64,000 nt of DNA from Podarcis muralis (taxonomy: Eukaryota), in contig NC_135658.1 in NCBI RefSeq assembly GCF_964188315.1, positions 47,182,001 through 47,246,000 on the forward strand, in the 5' to 3' direction. Below are positions 37,786-50,628 of this stretch, piece by piece (positions within the stretch are counted from its first letter, which is position 1; the number at the start of each line of letters is the position of its first letter). The position numbers were made by a program, and so were the translations under genes. Under the pieces are notes generated by a model, which was not told the DNA's origin, did not search any database, and saw nothing but the letters and a program-made list of their open reading frames with translations.

Positions 37786-38271
37786 TACAACTAAAATTAA
37801 TCTCTTTTGTTCATACAAAACTTACTTAGTTTCTCAGTTTTCTTGTTGTTTGCCTATAGAAGAGACACCTCAAGATTGATTTCGATGCCTTAAAATGGAG
37901 AACAGTATTGGGCAATGGCTAGCCATCGTGTTTGTACAGATAGGGGAATGAGGGGGATACAGTCTTAGCCTCCTAATTTTAGTCAGTTTTCCACAACTCA
38001 ATGCAGCTTTATTAAAACATAAAATACAATAAAGCAAACAAAAAGAACAGTAAAGGAAGGAAAAATCAATGTTGTAGCCAGCCAAAATAAAAAATGCAAA
38101 AATAAATGTGCCTCATAACCGCTCCTAAAGGCTAGTGAGGAGGGGGAAACATGCACCTTAGTGGAGAGTTTACTCCAGAGAACTGGAGCAACTGTTGTAA
38201 AGGCCCTGCTTCTAACTGCTACAGCTCTTATTTCAATTGTGGTTTGTGAGCTTCATTACAACGGTCTACAG

Positions 38272-38521
38272 CAGTGGTAGGCAACCTAAGGCCTGTGGGC
38301 CGGATGCAGCCCAATCACCTTCTAAATCCGGCCCACGGACAGTCCAGGAATCAGTGTGTTTTTACATGAGTAGAATGTGTACTTTTATTTAAAATGCATC
38401 TCTGGGTTATTTGTGGGGCATAGGAATTTGTTTATTCCCCCCCCCCCAATATAGTCCGGCCCCCCACAAGGTCTGAAGGACGGTGGACCGGCCCATGGCT
38501 GAAAAAGGTTGCTGACCCCTG
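38272..38521. mobile_element. hAT (Charlie-like) MITE
   Basis: TIRs CAGTGGTAGGCAACCT / AGGTTGCTGACCCCTG. Perfect 8-bp TSD GTCTACAG. Confidence 0.92.
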
Positions 38522-38989
38522 GTCTACAGCATGTGCGTGAATATGTGGTCAAGAGCAGGAGTTGACACATTCATCATATTAACTAGCTATACTGATTTTA
38601 AATTGTATTTTTTTTCTGGCTTCTCTTATTTCTTATACATATTGCATTTTTTTGTATTACAATTGAATTGTATGGAATTCAAATGGCAATGCACTAAAAT
38701 GCAATATATCTAAGAAGTAAAAGAAGCGCTAAAATGCAGTTTAAAATAAGACAGAATCTGGCACAAAACAAAACATTGCCCACCAAAACTCACAGCAATT
38801 TTCAAGTGGTTCATTGGAAAAAAATTGTTTGGGAATCGCTTCTCTGTTAGCTGAAGCTTCAGGACCAAATTACTTCTATTGAAATTTGCAGGGCTAACCT
38901 TTTCCTCCCATGCAGCAGTCCCAATGAGAACTTCTCAAAACTGCCCAGCAGGGAAGCTTCCATGAGTGATTTTCACTTTTGTGGCTACT

Positions 38990-39340
38990 GTTTTCACTTA
39001 AAAAGCCAATCCTGCAGCTCCCAGTGATGCATGTAGCATCATATGTAGTTTCAACATGAGCTGTCTTCATGGAGAGCCTCATATAGAGCACATTACAGCA
39101 ATCAAGCTTAGAAATTTCAAAATCATTTATCAGCATTCCAAAGGTCTCCCCTCTCCCCTATCCAGGAAGAGATGGAACTTGTGTTCCCCTTTCTTCAGAT
39201 GCCTTTCATCAAATCCTGATGAGGCTGTGGGTGTCCTAAATCAGTGCATAGATGTTGTAATGGATTGCACAAGGGCTGGTAAACTGAGTTCAGTTCAGAC
39301 GTGATGGAGGTACTGTTACTGGGTGGTTTATCTACCTAGG
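38990..39340 (-). mobile_element. Degenerate L2 ORF2 fragment
   Basis: Minus-strand SKLDCCNVLYMRLSMKT matches L2 SRLDYCNALYxGLPLKT. Confidence 0.6.
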
Positions 39341-40089
39341 GTATATGCAATCCAACCTGTTCTAATTACAAAGGTAATGTATAAGATGGACTTAAGTATA
39401 AAGAAATAACAATACCTTATTAAGAGTTATTACTGACTAAAATAAAATATTGAAGCAGTGGAGAAATTAACATTCAAAATAATCCTGCTCTTGCGCTTTT
39501 AAAAGTAAAAAAATAAGCCACAAACATAGTTTCCTATATACTTACAATATGACACAACAAATAGTTTTTCATATGCTTAGGAAGTACAGTGATCCTGGAA
39601 AGTCTACTTGTTTCCGTTCTTTTTTTCAGAATTGATGTGGCTCTGTTGAAACCATTCATCCATTTAAGAAACAGTTTTATCCCAATTCTTTTACTTGTCA
39701 GATTTCTTCTCTTCAGTGAGCTGTGAACAGACTCATCATGCTCTGTCTCTAGTGTTTGATTTTTCTTATTCTTTTACCCTATTTTAACCTCTTTCAAAAT
39801 TGCTAGGCATTCAGTACAAAATGGTGAGAAGATTTTCATGAGCTTTCACAAGACAAGCTCCCCTCTAATTTAGCTTAACATCTGACTAACAGTGACTTCA
39901 GTTAAAACTGTATTCTGTCTTTTAGTGGAAGACATTGTGGAGTTAGCTACAAACAGAGTTATAAACAGAGCACAATCAGGTCTGATGAGTTCAGTTTTGA
40001 AATTTTGTTATTTACTGTGGATTTTCCTTAATATGATGGTATCTTCTATAAAGAGAATGTCTAAACATAGCCAATAGAGTCACTTCTAT

Positions 40090-40320
40090 CACAGGTACTC
40101 AGTAATGTAAGGTCATAAGCAAAGTCCTGCTAGATCACATTGAGTTGGGTGCCCTGCTTCTCTCAGTAGTCAAACAGATGCTTGTGGGAAGCCTACCAGC
40201 AAGAATGAAAGAGCCTTTTCCCACTATTCCCCAGCATAACTATCATTCAGTAGCATATTGCCTGTGAAAGTCCCACTTAACCATTGCAGCTAATAGACAC
40301 TAATAAACCTCTCATCCAGA
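40090..40320 (-). mobile_element. LINE 3'-end relic (CTTATG-type tail; family unresolved)
   Basis: CATAAG...CTGCTAGATCA...CAGATGCTTGTGGGAAGCC pattern. Similar relics at about 45830-45975, 52490-52620, 57232-57450 and 58060-58160. Confidence 0.55.
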
Positions 40321-41593
40321 ATTTTGCCAGTTCCCCTTTAAAGCTATAACTTTGAGAATTTTAAAGATATGGAAATAATGAGAGGGATTATTTACATATT
40401 GGATGAACTGATTAGCTATGGTTTTTCATGAAATGAATATACTTCAGTGTGTACCAGACTCATATGCTCCCCCCTCCCATCTCCTGATGGGGAATGAATC
40501 GGAAACCTTCTGCTTCTGCTTTTCATGAAATACAGTTTAATGCTGCATCCAACTCCTATATTATGGTTAATCTTAATGGTAGTTTGTTGAAAACTTCATA
40601 ATACATGCTTGGAAGCTGACTCTGACAAACCATTGTTAAGTGGAATCTCAGTTTGTTGATACTTGGACATAAGGAGAAGTGTCGGTGATTCTAAAACAAA
40701 AGGGAAAGCTGTGCTGTGTTGTGGCTGTGTTGTAGGAAGATGGGTGAACTACAATGATAAATTTTAGTTTTTTATGTCAGAATGCATCCATAAGCAGTTA
40801 ACTTGATTGGGGAAAAGTTTAGCAACCCAGAGTAGGAAAGTGTATTTATCTTATTGTTGATGACTGAATTTTGACTTCTGGAAGGACATTTATTCAAGGT
40901 ATCCCCATTACAGTACAAAATAGATAAATTTCATCAAGGATATGCTGAGACATCCAGAGTTTCTGTATCTCACAGAAGCTGTGTAACACAACGTTCTGTG
41001 TCTGTTACACAAGACTTGAGAATAATTTACAACCTAGTACACAGTCTTTGTATTCAGCTTTGTGCTTTTAGTATTACTGTCCACAATTATTTTGCTAATT
41101 TGGTGTTTAATATGCCAATTGTCACATTAACTTTACAAAGGCCACAATTTGGAAAGTATCTTAACCATATGCTTAACTTTATTGTTCTAATTCAATTAGT
41201 GTAGTGCTTGTGGATAACTTGTTGATAAGTAATTTCAGCACACAGAAGCACATTCATGGAATGATCTAGTAAAGAAGCACTTAGTACCCAAAGCAATATA
41301 CTGGCAATATGAGTTGTAATGGAATATTGTGCAAACAAACTAGGCTCAGTCAGTGCAGATTAAGGATATAAAATTGGGGTTTGAATGGATGCCAAGATTC
41401 ACCTTGGATCTGTATATATCATAACAAAATAAATAAAACCCAATTGGTTTCTGAGTTACTCTCTGCTCTTTCCACTTTGAACTGTGCTTTGGGTTCTGAG
41501 CCACCCTGTAAAAACAAAGCTGTGTGTGCCCCAGTCACTATGGACTCAGCTACATTAGTAAAGAAACAATTATTTGAATGCGCTATAAACATG

Positions 41594-41611
41594 CAACACC
41601 AGATGGCGCCA
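41594..41611 (+). promoter_or_regulatory. Candidate CTCF site
   Basis: CAACACCAGATGGCGCCA against the core consensus CCASYAGRKGGCRS (one core mismatch). CpG retained in an AT-rich context. Confidence 0.4.
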
Positions 41612-42040
41612 GAGAGTAGAAAAAGTTCATACACATTTCCCCATAGGGTTTTATTTTATTTTATTTGGTTATAATTTCAGACTTATTTAGAGTAGTTTTT
41701 CCCCTGTGTGTAGATCCACCCCAAAGTGAGAAATCTAAAATTGGCTATACCTCCCAACACTTTTGATCGAAGTGAATGAAATTTACAGGCACAGGAGTTC
41801 CTGCGTAGTGAATCAAGCCACATTGCAGACAAATAGGTCTACGGGCTTTTGTGGAGGAACTTTCTATTATAATCCATATTAGGACAGTATCATTATTAAT
41901 TCAACTAAAATTCCACAAACCGCATTAGCTTCATATTTTTGGTGGCAGTTTTGAGTGGAGGTTTGTCTCTTGTTCTTCTTTCTTTGTGTTATAAGATTTA
42001 GAGGTTGAGTGGCATGCATTCTTGTGTGCACATTTCTAAA

Positions 42041-42285
42041 GAAGAAGAGTTTGGATTTGATATCCTGCTTTATCACTACCCGAACGAGTCTCAAAGCGGC
42101 TAACATTCTCCTTTCCCTTTCTTCCCCACAACAAACACTCTGTGAGGTAAGTGGGGCTGAGAGACTTCAAAGAAGTGTGACTAGCCCAAGGTCACCCAGC
42201 AGCTGCATGTGGAGGAGCGGGGAAGCGAACCCGGTTCACCAGATTACGAGTCTACCGCTCTTAACCATTACACCACACTGGTTCT
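42041..42285 (-). mobile_element. Squam3-like SINE
   Basis: Reverse complement of the 16213 element. TTCTAAA on both flanks. Confidence 0.92.
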
Positions 42286-44620
42286 AAACTTTCCTGGAGG
42301 TAGTTTGTTTCTTCTTGAGATAGGGTTTGCAACAGGAGGCTGTTTATAATGCTTCCTGTGGGGTTCTGAAAGCTCCTGGGTTTTCCCCCTGAGCTTAAAT
42401 GTTGGGCTTAATGAAAAAACAAAAACAAAACTAGAGTTCTTCAGTGTGTTGCAGGCAAAATCTTGAACCAACTCACTTCTTGCAAAGCCCATGGACTTGG
42501 AGCAAAGTAGAGATATTGGAAAACATAGAGCTATATATTGGCGGGGGGGGGGGAGAGAGCTATGTGAGGTTTTGAAGGGCCCTGTTCCAACATGGCCATT
42601 ATTGACTCGGCCTGGGAAGGCCCCATGAATCACCCCAATTGACCTCATTATTTGCACTCCACACAGAGCCAATGCACACTCCCAGGATAGAAAACCTATA
42701 CACATAATTACATGATAAAATATATTTACTTGGTTGTCATTCAGTGATCTACGAAATGTTATTGTGGCTTGTCAGATTCCATTTGCACTGGAAATGTGCT
42801 ATGCTTCTTCCACGGGTTCTATATTTCTCTGTGCATGCACAATCAGTTCACAATTGATTAGACTCCATGATTATGAGTTGTTGCATAGCCATTTTTGTCC
42901 ATGTGAAATTATAAAACAGGATTAGAACTGCATTAACTGGATATGTGGCAATTATAAGACTTCTGATGACGACTATGGCTGAAAAGCATATCCATGATTT
43001 GATTTCTGCATATTATTTAATGCAAGTAAGAACAGCAAAAAAAGGCAGACCAACTGGGATTGGATAGCAGCAATGTGAATATTAGTAAATGCTTTCCCCT
43101 TCCATTTTCAGGGGAAGTATTCTGATTTAGCAGAAGCTCAGAAATGCACAGAATTCTACAAAAACAGAATTTGTGGTTGCCGGTAACAGAAGAATTTTAC
43201 AAAAACCTGTTTCACACAGAGATGGTGCATGGTACAATTACAATAGATGGTGTGACTGCAGCAACCTAAAGCCATTCCACTGTGGGTTCTTTTTTCTGAA
43301 TTCTTTAATATCAGAGGTTGATTTGAGCTACCTTTAGTCATTCCTCAGGATGGTATGGTAGACATCTGGAGCAGATGGACTTCCAGGTGTTTGGGTACAT
43401 GTTTTCTTTCACCAGTGAATAACACACAGTAGATAAGCAACGCTTACTGCTCAAACAAGCAACCCAGTCAGATGGGTGACATATAAAATTAACAACAATA
43501 ACAATATTCCTGGTCCTTTGGTAAAATCCTAATTGTAAAAGTACTCTGCTATGGGAAGCCACATTTTAAACCTCAGAAGCTGTCTCATGCTAAGTCATGC
43601 CATTGTTCAGTCTAGCTCACAATTCTCTCTAAACTGACCACTAGTGATTCTCCAGTGTTTCAGACAGAGGTCCTTCCAAGATTTACATGGATTTGCCGGC
43701 AATTGGATCTGGGAAATTTTACATACATAGCATGGGCCATACTATGACAGCCCTTCCCCTAAAGAGTAATGTTCTTGATGTGACTCTAATGCTTTTCTTT
43801 CTCTTCATTTTCTTCCTCTTAAATACTGGGAGTGGTGCACACAGCAAAGAATAATCTCTGTGGGGTGATCTCCCTCATGACCTTTCTTCTGCCAGATACT
43901 AGGTTCATAGGGAGTAAGGAACATTTAGCTTTTAAATATGATCAGTGAAGACATCATATTTTCTTTGTTCATTATCCTTGTGTAATCTTTTCATTTTCTT
44001 TCCCAAAAGATAACACTGATGCTTACCAGTGATTTGGTGATCCCCTATTGTTTTATTCTAAGACCCAATAAAACCCTTGATGTAATGAAAACTCAAGCTA
44101 CTGATCTTATTTTGATCATTTCCTTACATTCCACCAGACTCTTTGGCACCTTCAAAAGCTTGATGGAATACCTGGCTCTGTGGCAAAAGTTTCATTAGCC
44201 ATTGCTATAAAGAGCTGATTGGGAGACTTTGGTTGATGATAAAAGATCAAAGTCACTCACTGAAAGGCAGTAAACGTATAACCTTTAGAGGGTGCTTTTG
44301 ATGAGTTCCTCAATCTTGCCAAATAGCCACTAAAGCTTTTATGATAAGGGTGGGGACCTATCATTATTGACCTTAATGGAAAAGAACAGAGAAAATATGT
44401 TGTTAACCAAAGAAAAGGGGAGCAATGTCACATGTATGTTTTAATATTTAATGAATCTATATGGATGCAATCTATTATGTGACAATTTAATTATATGCCA
44501 AAAATCTTTGATAAATAATATTGTGGTGGGACAGCTAATTAATTATTTAACAAAAGAAATCAATACTTTCATAAATCATACTTCTCCATTTAGACTGGCA
44601 CTCTCACACACTTTTCAAAA

Positions 44621-44679
44621 AGAGAGGGAGGGAGGGAGGGAGGGAGGGAGAGAGAGAGAGGGGGGGAGAGAGAGAGAGA
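44621..44679. repeat. (GGGA)n/(GA)n purine microsatellite
   Basis: Directly visible. Confidence 0.9.
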
Positions 44680-45975
44680 ATATCTAGAAAGCCTTGTTCA
44701 AGATTGCTGGGCAATTTATTTTCTGGTCAGGACAAGTTTGAATTGAAGTTTAATCATGCCCTTGACAGGCATAAATTATATTTACTTTTTTTGTCCCTTA
44801 AGAGACCAGCACTGGTTTCTGAGAGTTTTGTCCCCCTTTTGCTTACTAAAAAATTAAAAATCTTGCTATAGCAGCACTACAGTGATTTTGTTCGGATAGG
44901 AAGCCAAACTCAGGCACATTTTGATTATACTCCCCTGCCCCAGCTCCTCAGATTTTTCATCAAATGGTTGTATGAGCCTTGTATACCCTTCTAACTTAGC
45001 TTACAAGTATATCAAAACAGCAAAACTAGAAATGGCTCCATTGATTTCAAATTAATGTTTCCACCACTTGTTACTTGAACAAAATAGCCTGGTTAAGATG
45101 AGAATTGACAGTTTACGTATGTTTACTCAGAAGGAAATCCCATCATGTTCAGTGCAGATTAGTTGCTAGTAGGTGTCTAGAACTGGACGTATGTGGTTCT
45201 GCTATGTGATGTATTTGTGCAGTCAGGAACCACAAACAAACCTGCCTCTGCAGCCCAGAGCAGCTCCAATAATCATGGGACAATAAGCAGCTGGGAAGAG
45301 GTGATATGTCAGATTCCAAGTTATGAGAACCCAGAGTTGCTACCTTGCTTTGCCTAACTCACCTTCCAACTGCTGCAGAGGGACATATCTGAAACAAGGA
45401 AGCTTTGAGCTGAAGCACACAGGAAATAAGGCAGAGGCAAGGAAATATCACTGAGTAACACTGCTCACACCTCGTTAAACTACTCCACTTTATTCAAGGT
45501 AGCACCTCATCCAAAGCTGCTGCAATCAGGCCAAAGCTGCTGTTTCCTGAACAGGCAAATAGGCAGTCTGCTTTTGTCTACTCATTTGCCTCCTCAAAGA
45601 GCAGCCTGCTATGGTTGAAGGCCAGAGTGCTAATTCAGGACCAAGTTAGATTCATTGCTGGCATTTGGATACTAATGTAATATTGTATTGTCTACTGCAA
45701 AGAAGGAATGCTGCTTCCTTTTGGAGCTACTTCAGGCTATGGAGCAGCTGATTACACAGACGACATTCAAACACATGAATTGTGCACAGATTCCGTATTG
45801 ATTTCAGCAGAGTGGGAGATAGGTCTCAGAGCATAAGAAAAGCCCTGCATGATCAGACCAGTGGCCTATTCAGTCCAGAATTCCATTCTTACAGTGGCCA
45901 ACAAGATGCCTATGGGAAGCCCACAAGCAGCACATGAGTGTAATACTAGTCCTTTCCTGCTTATGAATCCCAGCA

Positions 45976-46242
45976 ATTGACCTATAAAGCCTTAAACGGC
46001 TCAGGACCACAATACCTCAAGGACCACCTCTTCCCATATGACCCTACCCAGCCCCTGAGATCACTTTCTGAGGTCCTCCTTTGTGTGCCTCCTCCTCAAC
46101 ACCCTTTTATTGACATCCAACACCCTTTTAGAATGTGTGTGGGGGTTTTTTAGGGGAGGGTTATTGTGTTACTGCTTTTATATGTTGTTTTGTTGTGAAC
46201 CACCCTGAGACCTCCGGGTATAGGGTGATGTGTAAGTTGAAT
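45976..46242 (+). mobile_element. L2 3' end (internally deleted)
   Basis: ACCTATAAAGCCTTAAACGGCTCAGGACCACAATACCTCAAGGACC (TYKALNGSGPQYLKD) followed by TGTGAACCACCCTGAGACCTCCGGGTATAGGG. Confidence 0.8.
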
Positions 46243-46321
46243 TAAGAATAAGAATAAGAATAAGAATAAGAATAAGAATAAGAATAAGAATAAGAATAAG
46301 AATAAGAATAAGAATAAGAAT
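46243..46321. repeat. (TAAGAA)13 microsatellite, L2 tail
   Basis: Directly visible. Explains the poly-IL ORF at 46178-46471. Confidence 0.97.
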
Positions 46322-48019
46322 CAAAAACAGATACTGGAGGGAGAGTGGCTCACCCAACTGGAAAAGGCTGAGCTTATGTAAAAGCAGGTGGGGGAAATGC
46401 CATGACCGCCCCACCATTAGCAGTGCATTGTAATAGCTTTCATTAGTTGGTTCTGGGAGGTTATGTGGCAAGAATTCACCTCTACACCACCTTGCTTGTT
46501 ACCCAGGTGAGGAATAACCACCTTTTGAATAAACTACAGAACCAAAGAAACTATTTTCAAGTCTAGCAATCAGATTTAGGGACCCAGCGTTTATTATAGC
46601 TATTGTAATAGGACAGAGCTCACTCAATTCAACATGCCAGTTGAGAAGGTCTGCCCTGAGGCACTTCAGAACAAAAGCCTATATAGTAGTTCAAACACAG
46701 CAAACAAAGAGTCATAAAACATCTTCACATATGTTAGGAAAGGTTACAGGTCATGAGAAGTAAAACATGCATAGCTCCATACTGGTATCTTCACCCCCAC
46801 GATCACCTTGGTGTGGCCCCGATGTGCCCAGACGATTTGACCATTTTAGGTCTTGGCTGTCCAGTGTTACCCTGGCAACCTAGCCTTCAGTGAGATAAGA
46901 GCGTCATAAAATCCTTTTCCTGGGTCTCAGAATGCTTCAAGGATAGCTGATTTACACTCTGGTGCTAAAACATCCTGCTATTTGTACCACTTTCAGGGGT
47001 AGATAAGGAGAGATGGAATGCAGCATAGGAGCGGGAGACTCACAAATGCAGAAGACACAAAAATTAAGCCTAATACATTCTAAAAGGTTAAATGCAATTA
47101 AAGTGTAACATTGAAACATTATTAAAAAAAATAAAAACATACACCTGGGGTTTCTAATTCATATATCAGTTATAAGCAAAGATGTTTAAGTGAGTTCATG
47201 TTGCAGGTGCAAATAACATTCAATTGTGGTCTTAGTTATATCAACCATTTTAGAATACTGATTATAAATTATGAAGGATAAAAATGACCTTTTCATGAGG
47301 TCCTGAATCCTCGCCCTCCTCCCACTTAAGACAACTTATCATTTTGTCAATTTTCATTATACTTCACTATGAAAGTAACAATTCTCAGTTGTCATTACAT
47401 ATTTTATTACTAATGATTTTTACTGATATGCTTGCTAGTATGATAAAGACTACATCATTAATCCCCTTTGCAACTACAAATGTACATATTATCTGCCTGT
47501 GAAATCTGGTTTCCAGATTTCTTTCTCTTTTATTGGTATGTGATTTTGTCCTTGGATGAAGCAACTCTCATGGAGGAGGTCTCTACATACTTACCAAAGA
47601 ATTCCACATTTGTATTTGGTGATGCCCTTACTGCTTTTCCATAGTGATCAAAAAGATCAGAGGCACTGAGATGCATGGAAAAAGAAAATATTGTGTGAGA
47701 GAGGTCCAAAAGTGAATTTATTACTTATGGCACCATCCAACCTCTGTCTTCAAATAGGCCATATGAGGAGCAGATGGTATAACGGGAGCAGGATGAAGTA
47801 GTCATACAGATGCCTTGTCTTGTTTATGTGGCAAAATATGATTCTCCTCTTTGCTGACTAAAAATGGAGTAGGAATGTGTGATTGTACTTCCATTCAGAC
47901 CAAAGGGGTCGACGCTTTGCAAATGTTTGACAGGCATCAATGCATGTTTTACAAAGCTTTGAGGACACTTAAGAAGTTACCTCACATCAGAACATTCTGT
48001 TTCCCCTTTTGCCCTGCAG

Positions 48020-48055
48020 CTAGGCCAAGAAACTTACCTTGGTGCAGAAGAAGAG
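48020..48055 (+). CDS. Candidate 36-nt symmetric exon (LGQETYLGAEEE in phase 0)
   Basis: Strong acceptor TTCTGTTTCCCCTTTTGCCCTGCAG and strong donor GAG|GTATGA. No protein match recognised. Confidence 0.25.
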
Positions 48056-48200
48056 GTATGACAACCAGCACCCCCTGTCCCTGATGAGGTGTATTTTCCC
48101 ACCTGCAACTGGGACCACAAGTCCCGGTCTATGTTCTACCTAACAGAAAGTTTCTCTTCTATTTCTTGTAGGAATGAGAGGCTGCCACTATTGCATGCTA

Positions 48201-49362
48201 GGAACCAGAGACAAAATTGCAAACATGCGCTGGATTATGGAGAAAGCTAGAGAGTTCCAGAAAGACATCTACTTCTGCTTCATTGACTATGCAAAAGCCT
48301 TTGACTGTGTCGACCACAGCAAACTATGGCAAGTTCTTACAGAAATGGGAGTGCCTGATTACCTCATCTGTCTCCTGAGAAATCTCTATGTGGGACAAGA
48401 AGCTACAGTTATAACTGGATATGGAACAACTGATTGGTTCAAAATTGGGAAAGGAGTACGACAAGGCTGTATATTGCCTCCCTGCTTATTTAACTTATAT
48501 GTAGAATTCATCATGTGAAAGGCTGGGCTGGATGAATCTCAAGCCAGAATTAAGATTGCCGGAAGAAATATCAACAACCTCAGATATGCAGATGACACAA
48601 CCTTGATGGCAGAAAGTGAGGAGGAATTAAAGAACCTTTTAATGAGGGTGAAAGAGGAGAGCGCAAAATATGGTCTGAAGCTCAACATCAAAAAAACGAA
48701 GATCGTGGCCACTGGGCCCATCACCTCCTGGCAAATAGAAGGAGAAGAAAAGGAGGCAGTGAGAGATTTTACTTTCTTGGGCTCCATGATTACTGCAGAT
48801 GGTGACAGCAGTCACAAAATTAAAAGACGCCTGCTTCTTGGGAGAAAAGCAATGACAAACCTAGACAGCATCTTAAAAAGCAGAGACATCACCTTGCCAA
48901 CAAAGGTCCGTATAGTTAAAGCCATGGTTTCCCCAGTAGTGATGCATGGAAGTGAGAGCTGGACCATAAAGAAAGCTGATTTGCTGAAAAATTGATGCTT
49001 TTGAATTATGGTGCTGGAGGAGACTCTTGAGAGTCCCATGGACTGCAAGAAGATCAAACACATCCATTCTGAAGGAAATCAGCCCTGAGTGCTCACTGGA
49101 AGGACAGATCCTGAAGCTGAGGCTCCAATACTTTGGCCACCTCCTGAGAAGAGAAGACTCCCTGGAAAAGACCCTGATGTTGGGAAAGATGGAGGGCACA
49201 AGGAAAAGGGGACGACAGAGGACGAGATGGTTGGACAGTGTTCTCGAAGCTACGAACATGAGTTTGACCAAATTGCGGGAGGCAGTGGAAGACACTGGCC
49301 TGCTCTGGTCCATGGGGTCACGAAGAGTTGGATGCGACTAAACGACTAAACAACAACAACAA
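48201..49362 (+). mobile_element. BovB (RTE) LINE, 5'-truncated, with (CAA)n tail
   Basis: MRWIMEKAREFQKDIYFCFIDYAKAFDCVDH and RYADDT motifs, GACTAAACGACTAAAC(AAC)n tail. One in-frame stop plus a frameshift at about 48985. Confidence 0.96.
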
Positions 49363-50346
49363 AATATTTATTTATAAATTACCTTTCCTCAAGAGAGACC
49401 AGGTTGATATACATCAAACATATGGATGAAAATACAATAAAATAGTGCTAAAAACCTATATACATGAAACACAAATTGTAGTAGATCAATTAAAAAAGGA
49501 ATTCACAGTTGACCTGTGCCAGCATATCCCTGGTTCTATGCTGCCCTTTGTAGTTTTGTAGTTAAATGTCATTGTTCTGATAAATGAACAATGTTGTGTT
49601 TTTATGGCAAGGCTCTGCATGTGTCCAATAAATTTTTCATTTTACTTTTAGATGAGCTATATAGAGAGATTCTCATTGTACTTTTGAGCCACTCCTGAGA
49701 CCCTGAAAGTACTCAAGAGGCATTGCCAATGCTGTTATTGTTTAGGAATCAGGATGGATTGTCTACAAATCAGTCTTGCTCAGCTAGTACACACAAAAAA
49801 CCATTTATGGGCCTTAGCACTGCTTTCTTTTCTTACATGCTTCTGAAAAGCAACTGGACAGCGGACTGTTTTGTCCTTTGGGTATACAAAAACCAAGCTC
49901 GTAACTGCCTTTAGGGGAGTTGCGGGCTGAACTTGAATGAGAGTTTTTCACCCCTGTCTGTGTTGAGAAAGTTAGACAAAACACTTTAAAAAGCTTCTAG
50001 AAAGCAAAGTAGTATGTCTGAAATATGTGATGAGGTGGAAGACATTGTTCTTTCTTTGTGGACTGTATTTTAAATCTGGAGTTACTGTAGAAGCAGAATT
50101 GAAACCAGCAAGTGTATTAAGGGAAGAAACAAGCCAAACTCTGTAAAAACAAGCTCTGAGTACCAATGTACCCTATAGTGACATCAAGAAGAAGCTATTA
50201 GAATTAGCTGGATATGAGCTTCCATGTTTGATGGGAGTGGTTGGGGTTTTTTAAGCTATCTATTGGAGGTGTTCAGTGAGGTGACTTCTGGGGGCACCAC
50301 TGAGGCATAAGTGTGTATATGTGTCTTTGTGGTGTAAATATGTATA

Positions 50347-50577
50347 CAGTGGTACCTCGGGTCACATACGCTTCAGGTTACATACGCTTCAGGTTACAGA
50401 CTCCACTAATCCAGAAATAGTACCTCGGGTTAAGAACTTTGCTTCAGGATGAGAACAGAAATCGTGCGGCAGGAGCTGGAGGCCCCATCAGCTAAAGTGG
50501 TGCTTCAGGTTAAGAACAGTTTCAGGTTAAGAACGGACCTCCGGAACGAATTAAGTACGTAACCAGAGGTACCACTG
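50347..50577 (+). mobile_element. Tigger/pogo-like MITE (CAGTGGTACCTC family)
   Basis: TIRs with TA TSD. Confidence 0.92.
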
Positions 50578-50628
50578 TATATGTGTCTTTGTGGTGTAAA
50601 TAAAGTGCAACTGTTATGTTCTCCAATA

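Noticed and set aside
44138-44270. Exon candidate after a strong acceptor (TLWHLQKLDGIPGSV...)
   Set aside because: On re-reading, in-frame stops occur in all three frames before a usable donor.
46178-46471. Poly-(IL) hydrophobic ORF
   Set aside because: Translation of the (TAAGAA)n microsatellite.
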